NCBI RefSeq assembly: GCF_003966335.1 | Contig: NZ_CP034549.1 | Coordinates: 720,001-752,000 of the forward strand | Source: Nonlabens ponticola | GTDB taxonomy: Bacteria; Bacteroidota; Bacteroidia; Flavobacteriales; Flavobacteriaceae | DNA: 32,000 nucleotides | Direction of reading: 5' to 3' | Part shown: positions 25,730 through 32,000 of the stretch, piece by piece | Position numbering within the stretch: the stretch's first letter is position 1 | Layout: every line of letters starts with the position of its first letter | Notes under the pieces: model-generated | Database searches by the model: none | What the model was told of the DNA's origin: nothing | Seen by the model: the letters and a program-made list of their open reading frames with translations, nothing else | Position numbers and translations under genes: made by a program

Positions 25730-28411
25730 ATGAAAAAGATATTTAAAATTTTAGGTGTTGTATTGCTTGCGGTAGTGGCCTTTGTGATCGCTGCTCCATT
25801 TTTTCTACAGGATCAAATTGCTGAAATCCTCAAAAATAAACTCAATGAATCACTCAATGCCCAAATAGAATTTGGCGATGTGGACCTGAGTTTTGTGGCC
25901 GCTTTTCCAGATGCGCGACTCAACATTGAGGATATTTCTATTATCAACAAGGAGCCTTTTGCAGGTGACACCTTGTTCTATGCACAAGAGGTAAAACTAG
26001 ATATGCCGCTTTTTGACGTTTTTCATGACGCCAGTGAACCCATCACGATCAACGAGCTAATTGTCAATCAGGCAGTAGCAAGGTTGCAAGTCAATGAGAA
26101 TGAGGTGGCTAGTTGGGATATCGCTTTCGCGGAAGCGGAACAACCACAAAAACAGCAAGACACGACATCAGGCTTTAATTTTAATCTCAAGCACTACGAG
26201 ATCAACGATTCAAAGTTTACCTATGAAGATCTAGTGACCAAAAACTTATTGATCCTCAATGAGATGAACCACAGCGGTAACGGTGATTTCTCGCTTAATT
26301 CCAGTACGCTGGAAACGGCGACCACAGCGTTGGTAACCTATGAATTAGAAGATATCGAATATTTAGCAAGTCAACGAATAGAGCTGGATGCAGATATTCT
26401 GATGGATCTTGATGAGCAAAAATTCACCTTTAAGGATAACAAGGCGCTGGTTAACGACCTGGAACTAGAAATGGCAGGATATGTTGATATTGAGGATGAC
26501 TACAATATGATTGATCTCACTTTTAAAACACCATCGTCTGATTTCAAGAACTTTTTTGCGGTGATACCTCAAGAATACAGATCAAATCTCGATGGTATGA
26601 CGACAACGGGTGATTTTACCGTCGATGGATTTATACGTGGAGAAGTGGACGAGAACCGCATACCAAAAATGAATATCGCGATCAAATCAAACAACGCGAG
26701 CTTCCAGTATCCTGATTTGCCACAAAAGGTGACCAACATCTACATTGACGCACAATTGGTCAATGATACAGGCAATGTTGATGATACTTATTTTAATGTA
26801 GCAAATACCTCATTCAACATAGGAGCAGATCGATTGCAGGGAAATGCCATGATACGCAATTTAACCAGTAATATGAATGTTGCGTTAAATGCAAAAGGTG
26901 ACTTGAACCTAGGCAAACTTTCACAATCATTCCCATTGCCAGAAGACCTGGATCTGGATGGTAAGTTGGCTCTAGACATGGCATCGCAGTTTGACATGGA
27001 GAGCATTGAGAAAGAACGCTATGAACGCATCAAGACTCAAGGTAAAGCTACTCTTACAGATTTTAAATACATAGGTGCCGCGTTTGAAAATCCGTTCTTA
27101 ATCAAACTGGCTGCGTTAGACCTTGATACCAGCACTATTAAATTGCTTGCATTTGATGCGCTTACTGGCAATACAGATATCCAGGCAACTGGTAGCATCA
27201 ACAATTTGATAGGTTTCTTGATTCAAGATCAAGGATTGAAAGGTAACTTCAACCTGCGATCCAGCACATTTGACGTGAGCGATTTCATGGAAGAAACTAC
27301 TGAAGTTACATCTGCCAATCAAAAATCTACAGCAGCAACCCAAGAAGCCATCAAGATTCCTGCATTTCTCGATGCCAACCTTGATTTTGCCATCAACGAG
27401 GTGCTATATGATGGATTAACGCTGAAAAATGTGAGTGGCGTCGCCATCATACGTGACGAGACCATCATGATGAATAATGTGCGCACTAATATTTTTGGCG
27501 GTGCGATAGGTGTTGATGGATCAGTAAGTACGCGCGGCGAGCAACCTGTTTTTGACATGAACTTAAACATGAAAGACCTGGATATAGGTCAATCATTTCA
27601 AGGATTTGATATGTTCCAGCAGTTCGTGCCTGTCATCCAGGCGCTTGAAGGAAAAATCAATACAGATATTCAGGTTAAAGGAAATTTGACAAATGAATTA
27701 TCACCCGTACTTACCTCCATTCAAGGTGGCGCTTTTGCGCAGTTGTTGACTAAGGAGTTAAAACCAAGAACTGTGGCGCTGCTGGATCGCCTGGATGAAA
27801 AGCTATCTTTTATCAGTCTCAAAGACATTGATATACGCGAGCTGGCGACAAATCTCAAGTTCCAGGATGGTGCGGTGCAGGTCTCGCCATTTGATTTTAA
27901 GGTCAAGGATATCGTCGTTACCGCAAGCGGTCGTCATAGCTTGACAAATGAGATGGATTATGTACTCAATCTTAATGTACCGGCGAGATATTTTGGTAAA
28001 GAAGGTGCCCAATTACTAGCCCAACTAGAGGACAACGAGATTGATAACATCGCCGTGCCATTACCTGTACGTCTAGGTGGAGCGATAAATAAACCTAGCG
28101 TCAATGTTGATCTACAAGCTGCTGTTACAAATCTTACCAACCAGATTGTAGCGATACAGAAGCAAAAATTGAAGGATAAAGGCGAGGCCGCTCTTGGTAC
28201 CGCAGTAGATGATATTATTAAGGGTAAGAATCCGCTAGATAATGTTAAGGATATTATCAAGGGTAAAAAGCCGGCAGTAAGTAGCGACACCACGGCCGTC
28301 TCAAAACCAGCGGATAGTGTGAAGACGGTACCGCCGGCGAGAGATCAAGTCAAAGAAGCGGCTGGTAGCTTGTTGCGCAATTTGATGAAGAAGAAAAAGG
28401 ATAGTGTTTAA
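25730..28411 (+). CDS. AsmA family / AsmA-like C-terminal-region protein
   Basis: 893 aa with a single N-terminal TM anchor, a long beta-rich periplasmic body and a Lys-rich disordered tail. Confidence 0.6.
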   Translation: MKKIFKILGVVLLAVVAFVIAAPFFLQDQIAEILKNKLNESLNAQIEFGDVDLSFVAAFPDARLNIEDISIINKEPFAGDTLFYAQEVKLDMPLFDVFHDASEPITINELIVNQAVARLQVNENEVASWDIAFAEAEQPQKQQDTTSGFNFNLKHYEINDSKFTYEDLVTKNLLILNEMNHSGNGDFSLNSSTLETATTALVTYELEDIEYLASQRIELDADILMDLDEQKFTFKDNKALVNDLELEMAGYVDIEDDYNMIDLTFKTPSSDFKNFFAVIPQEYRSNLDGMTTTGDFTVDGFIRGEVDENRIPKMNIAIKSNNASFQYPDLPQKVTNIYIDAQLVNDTGNVDDTYFNVANTSFNIGADRLQGNAMIRNLTSNMNVALNAKGDLNLGKLSQSFPLPEDLDLDGKLALDMASQFDMESIEKERYERIKTQGKATLTDFKYIGAAFENPFLIKLAALDLDTSTIKLLAFDALTGNTDIQATGSINNLIGFLIQDQGLKGNFNLRSSTFDVSDFMEETTEVTSANQKSTAATQEAIKIPAFLDANLDFAINEVLYDGLTLKNVSGVAIIRDETIMMNNVRTNIFGGAIGVDGSVSTRGEQPVFDMNLNMKDLDIGQSFQGFDMFQQFVPVIQALEGKINTDIQVKGNLTNELSPVLTSIQGGAFAQLLTKELKPRTVALLDRLDEKLSFISLKDIDIRELATNLKFQDGAVQVSPFDFKVKDIVVTASGRHSLTNEMDYVLNLNVPARYFGKEGAQLLAQLEDNEIDNIAVPLPVRLGGAINKPSVNVDLQAAVTNLTNQIVAIQKQKLKDKGEAALGTAVDDIIKGKNPLDNVKDIIKGKKPAVSSDTTAVSKPADSVKTVPPARDQVKEAAGSLLRNLMKKKKDSV
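26123..26136. repeat. Degenerate palindrome copy GCTTTCGCGGAAGC (1 mismatch; inside the asmA-like gene, read as AFAEA)
   Basis: Read directly. 26122-26147 matches 2489-2514 at 25 of 26 positions. Confidence 0.85.
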
Positions 28412-29202
28412 TCTACTTTTAATTCCACGACATATCCTTCATGACTGCGCACATTCATGACTTTACCATCTTCAAAGATCAGGTATTGACCCTTGATTCC
28501 TTTAAGTTTACCAGCATGTTGAGGTGTTTTTGACAGGTTCACGCTCGTTACTTTTTCAGGATATTGTAGCACGGGAAAATTGATGTGCGTTTCAGCTTTG
28601 GGATCCACGATATATTGTTGTGCCTCTTGAGGTATTAGGTCGATTATGCTTTCGCGAAAGCGTAACAAATCAACATCTTCAATACTATTAGTAAGCATCT
28701 TGCGCCAGTTGGTCTTGTCTGCCACTTTTTCCTTGAGGGCAACCTCAGTAATCCCAGCGAGATAACGGTTGGGTGCCTCGACAATGGCAACTGCTTCATG
28801 TGCGCCCTGATCAATCCATCGAGTAGGCACCTGCGTCTCACGTGTCACGCCTACCTTGACGTTGCTGCTGTTTGCCAGATAAACAATGTGTGGTTTGAGC
28901 TGTACGCGTTTTTCATATTCTAGATCACGGTCTTCTTCACCTAGATGAGCTCTACTTAATTCTGGATTCATGATCCACTCGCCAGCTTGTGGTATGCTAG
29001 AAAAGCAGTCATAGCAATAACCTTGACGCCATATTTTTTTATCCAGACCACAGTTAAGGCATTCATTAGCAACATGCTTGATGCTTATGTCATGATCCAG
29101 TAGCTGATTGACATGCACAAAATCGTCCTTGAAAACAAGGTAATATTGAACTGTATCCTGAAGTTCTGTCTGCATCTTGCGTATGGTGCCGCTTGTAATC
29201 AT
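28408..29202 (-). CDS. DUF2797-like protein with a CxxC...CxxC zinc-ribbon motif
   Basis: 264 aa with ECLNCG...GYCYDCF. The family assignment is from memory of DUF2797 and is not verified. Confidence 0.6.
   Translation of the reverse strand: MITSGTIRKMQTELQDTVQYYLVFKDDFVHVNQLLDHDISIKHVANECLNCGLDKKIWRQGYCYDCFSSIPQAGEWIMNPELSRAHLGEEDRDLEYEKRVQLKPHIVYLANSSNVKVGVTRETQVPTRWIDQGAHEAVAIVEAPNRYLAGITEVALKEKVADKTNWRKMLTNSIEDVDLLRFRESIIDLIPQEAQQYIVDPKAETHINFPVLQYPEKVTSVNLSKTPQHAGKLKGIKGQYLIFEDGKVMNVRSHEGYVVELKVD
28648..28661. repeat. Perfect palindrome GCTTTCGCGAAAGC, copy 7 (inside the DUF2797-like gene, read as RFRES)
   Basis: Read directly. The minus-strand frame gives LLRFRESII. Confidence 0.95.
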
Positions 29203-29267
29203 TTTGAGGCTTTTTTAAACTAAAAACTAAGTATATTGCCTCAAAAATACTTTAAAGCTAGAACAGC

Positions 29268-30806
29268 GTGGCGATTCCGTTAATCAATTCTGTAGTATCC
29301 TGGTTTCTCAAGAAGCGTATCCACGATATGGAGCTGTTCATGAAACATCCACAGGAGCTACAAGATAACCTGCTAGGTGAGCTCATAAGTCACGCAAAGA
29401 ATACCGAGGTTGGCAAAAAGTATGGTTTTGAAAGCATCACCAGTTATGATGACTTTAAAAATCAAGTCCCGATTACAGAGTATGCTGATGTTCAAGATTT
29501 ACTAGAACGATCTCGTGCTGGTGAGTCCAACATCTTCTGGCCAGAGCCCATAAAATATTTTGCCATGTCTAGTGGTACGACCAGCTCGCGCAGTAAGTAT
29601 ATACCTGTAAGTGAGCAATCATTGCAGGATTGTCACTATGCCGCAGCAAAGGACTTGCTGTGCATGTATTTGAACAACAATCCAGAATCACAGCTTTTTA
29701 CAGGTAAAGGGCTGCGATTGGGTGGCAGTAAAAAACTGGATAAGGCTGCTGGAACTGCCGCTGGTGATTTGAGTTCGATCTTGATTGACAATATGCCATT
29801 CTGGGCAGATTATAGCTCGACACCTAGTAATGAGGTCGCCCTAATGGCAGATTGGGAAACCAAGATGCCAGCGATTGTTCAAGAGACCATTCATGAAAAA
29901 GTAACCAGCCTGGCTGGCGTTCCCTCGTGGATGATGGTATTGCTCAACAATGTTCTTGAAACTACTGGCAAGGACAATATCCTAGAGGTATGGCCCGATA
30001 TGGAAGTGTTTTTTCATGGTGGTGTGAGTTTTGATCCTTATGTGGAGCCATTTAAGAAGTTGCTACCTGATAGTGAGATCAAATATTATGAGACCTATAA
30101 TGCTAGTGAAGGCTTTTTTGCCATACAGGATCAAAATGATTCAAAGGATCTCTTGTTAATGCTGGACTATGGTATTTTTTATGAATTCCTACCTATGTCC
30201 ACCTACGGCACGGCTCAAGAAAAGGTCGTGACGCTGGATCAAGTAGAGTTAGGTGAGAATTATGCCATTGTCATTACTACAAATGCTGGATTGTGGCGCT
30301 ACAAAATAGGTGACACCGTGCGTTTTACCAGTGCGTCGCCCTACCGTATCAAAGTCACTGGTAGGACAAAGCACCACATTAATGTTTTTGGCGAGGAACT
30401 AATCATCGAGAATGCCGAAGAAGCCCTGAAAAAAACCATGCAAGAAGTTCCTTGTTCTATTAAAGACTACACGGTCGCACCTATTTTTATGGAAGGAAAA
30501 GAAAAGGGCGCGCATGAATGGCTTATTGAGTTTGAACAGCATCCAAAAGATGAGCAACTCTTCAAAGAAGTTCTAGACCAGCAATTGCAGCAAGTCAACA
30601 GTGATTATGCGGCCAAAAGATATATGAATACCACTTTATCTGCACCTACTATTCATGTCGCCGCACCGCAGACGTTTTACCACTGGCTCAAGTCCAAAAA
30701 CAAATTAGGCGGACAGCATAAAATCCCAAGATTATCTAACTCTAGGGATTATCTCGATGAATTGCTCAAGATTCATCAAAGCGCGGCTACTGCGAGCAAC
30801 AATTAG
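29268..30806 (+). CDS. GH3 family (auxin-responsive-promoter-like) adenylating amido synthetase homolog
   Basis: 512 aa. The N-terminus PLINSVVSWFLKKR plus SSGTTSSRSKYIPV and YETYNASEGFFA motifs are typical of bacterial GH3 proteins. The start codon is GTG. Confidence 0.82.
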   Translation: MAIPLINSVVSWFLKKRIHDMELFMKHPQELQDNLLGELISHAKNTEVGKKYGFESITSYDDFKNQVPITEYADVQDLLERSRAGESNIFWPEPIKYFAMSSGTTSSRSKYIPVSEQSLQDCHYAAAKDLLCMYLNNNPESQLFTGKGLRLGGSKKLDKAAGTAAGDLSSILIDNMPFWADYSSTPSNEVALMADWETKMPAIVQETIHEKVTSLAGVPSWMMVLLNNVLETTGKDNILEVWPDMEVFFHGGVSFDPYVEPFKKLLPDSEIKYYETYNASEGFFAIQDQNDSKDLLLMLDYGIFYEFLPMSTYGTAQEKVVTLDQVELGENYAIVITTNAGLWRYKIGDTVRFTSASPYRIKVTGRTKHHINVFGEELIIENAEEALKKTMQEVPCSIKDYTVAPIFMEGKEKGAHEWLIEFEQHPKDEQLFKEVLDQQLQQVNSDYAAKRYMNTTLSAPTIHVAAPQTFYHWLKSKNKLGGQHKIPRLSNSRDYLDELLKIHQSAATASNN

Positions 30807-30838
30807 AGGTAATAAGCTCATATTTAACGGCTATAATT

Positions 30839-30868
30839 TTTGTATCAAGTCGTAGCATCCTACTTTTG
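30839..30868 (+). promoter_or_regulatory. Candidate Bacteroidota sigma-A promoter for feoAB (-33 TTTG, -7 TAnnTTTG)
   Basis: TTTG lies at 30839-30842 and TACTTTTG at 30861-30868. They are 18 nt apart and sit 28 nt upstream of the feoA start. Confidence 0.35.
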
Positions 30869-30895
30869 CTTATTCAAATTTATTCTAAATAAGAG

Positions 30896-31126
30896 TTGGG
30901 AAAAACCATTGCACAGTTGAAGCGAGGCGAGATTGCCATCATCAAGGATTTTGAGGAGACAGACGTACCGCTCAAACTACTTGAGATGGGTTGTTTGCCA
31001 GGTAATATTGTAACCATGATGCAAAGCGCGCCGTTTCAGGATCCTATCTACTTAAATGTGAACGGCACGCATCTCGCCATACGTAGGGAAACGGCTCAAA
31101 AGATTAATGTAGAAACCTATGTCTAG
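30896..31126 (+). CDS. feoA: Ferrous iron transport protein A
   Basis: 76 aa with the FeoA SH3-like pattern (LKRGEIAIIKDF...GCLPGNIV...IRRE). The start codon is TTG. It overlaps feoB by 8 nt. Confidence 0.85.
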   Translation: MGKTIAQLKRGEIAIIKDFEETDVPLKLLEMGCLPGNIVTMMQSAPFQDPIYLNVNGTHLAIRRETAQKINVETYV

Positions 31127-32000
31127 ATCCATCAATGTTTCTTTAATCGGCAATCCCAATACTGGTAAAACATCGTTATTTAATAGGCTAACGGGTCTCA
31201 ATCAAAAAGTAGGTAACTATCCAGGAATTACTGTTGAGAAAAAAGAAGGAATTTGCAAACTGGATCGCGGTTTCAAGGCTCATATACTTGATTTACCGGG
31301 AACCTATAGTTTGAACACGTCATCACTGGATGAAAGTGTTGTAGTAGAGACTTTGCTCAATAAACATGATAAGGATTTCCCTGATGTGGCAGTCGTGGTA
31401 TCTGATATTGAGAACTTGAAGCGAAATCTGTTACTCTTCACCCAAATCAAGGATCTTGAAATACCTACTATACTTGTCATCAACATGGCAGATCGTATGG
31501 AGCGCAAGGCCATCTCGCTAGATATTGACTTGATGGAAGAAGAGCTCAATACTAAGGTCGTACTAGTAAGCGCCAGAAAAAATCAAGGTATTGATGATCT
31601 TAAACAAGCCATTACAGAATATAAAAACCTCACCGTGGCGCCTTGTCTCAATGCCAGCGTCATTGATGTAGATTATTTCAATAGGCTGCGCAAGACTTAT
31701 CCCAACCAGCTTACCTACAAGCTATGGTTAGTCATTACACAAGATGTCAATTTTGGTAAAATTGATCGTGGTAGGGATAATGATCTTGATCGGGTTAAGA
31801 AAAGCAGCTTTGAGATCAAGTCAGAGGCAGACCTCAAACGTATGCAGCACAAGGAAACGGTGGTGCGCTATCAATTTATCAATGGCCTGCTTAAAAAAGT
31901 ACTTTCTATTGATACGATAAATGCAAAGGATTTGAGAACAAAATTGGATCGCATATTACTTCACAAGGTTTGGGGTTATGCCATATTCTTTTTGATTCTG
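31119..32000 (+). CDS. feoB: Ferrous iron transport protein B, N-terminal G domain; partial, runs off the right edge
   Basis: Hand translation from the ATG at 31119 gives MSRSINVSLIGNPNTGKTSLFNRLTGLNQKVGNYPGITVEKKEG (G1 and G2 motifs). The frame is open to the window end. It is absent from the ORF track because it is open-ended. Confidence 0.9.
   Translation, partial: MSRSINVSLIGNPNTGKTSLFNRLTGLNQKVGNYPGITVEKKEGICKLDRGFKAHILDLPGTYSLNTSSLDESVVVETLLNKHDKDFPDVAVVVSDIENLKRNLLLFTQIKDLEIPTILVINMADRMERKAISLDIDLMEEELNTKVVLVSARKNQGIDDLKQAITEYKNLTVAPCLNASVIDVDYFNRLRKTYPNQLTYKLWLVITQDVNFGKIDRGRDNDLDRVKKSSFEIKSEADLKRMQHKETVVRYQFINGLLKKVLSIDTINAKDLRTKLDRILLHKVWGYAIFFLIL

Noticed and set aside
1-32000. 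Defence island, prophage, integrative element or toxin-antitoxin system
   Set aside because: No integrase, transposase, recombinase, phage structural, Cas, restriction-modification, abortive-infection or TA-like ORFs were recognised. Apart from the GIY-YIG/repeat block, every gene is a housekeeping or envelope function in tight, conserved-looking operons. I therefore do not claim a novel multi-gene system here.

Overview
The window looks like chromosomal core sequence from a Bacteroidota genome of Flavobacteriia type. This is an inference from a T9SS C-terminal sorting domain, a PorP/SprF-like protein, a TTTG/TAnnTTTG promoter motif, frequent TTG/GTG starts and the gene order. Left to right: uppP (partial), DUF3098, ftsX (all minus strand); leuS; a block of about 88-nt inverted-repeat elements bracketing a small GIY-YIG nuclease gene; a T9SS-secreted protein. 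Next is a cytochrome c oxidase accessory operon: heme O synthase, two subunit III paralogs, subunit IV, a cysteine-less SCO-like paralog, SCO, DUF420 and a small CxxC membrane protein. Then a six-gene MacB-type ABC efflux cluster (ATPase, two permeases, adaptor, TolC, second adaptor); tsaB; an unknown secreted protein; dodecin; a NifU/Nfu protein; PorP/SprF; a TrmH-family methyltransferase; an in-frame folK plus deoxynucleoside kinase ORF; a YhhQ-type transporter; an AsmA-like protein; a divergent DUF2797/GH3 pair; and feoA with feoB (partial). I see no integrase, transposase, CRISPR array, toxin-antitoxin pair, restriction-modification genes or other recognisable defence or mobile island, and no rRNA or tRNA gene. 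The most unusual signals are at the DNA level. (1) The perfect 14-nt palindrome GCTTTCGCGAAAGC occurs 7 times, plus 2 degenerate copies. It sits in intergenic DNA and inside unrelated genes in all three reading frames, and some copies share longer identical flanks. (2) Five copies plus one partial copy of an element with 26-nt imperfect terminal inverted repeats tightly bracket the GIY-YIG gene. Smaller oddities: an expanded AT-rich insertion in leuS, a folK-dNK read-through ORF whose folK part lacks a canonical start codon, and a degenerate SCO paralog. All product calls come from motif recognition by eye, with no database search.
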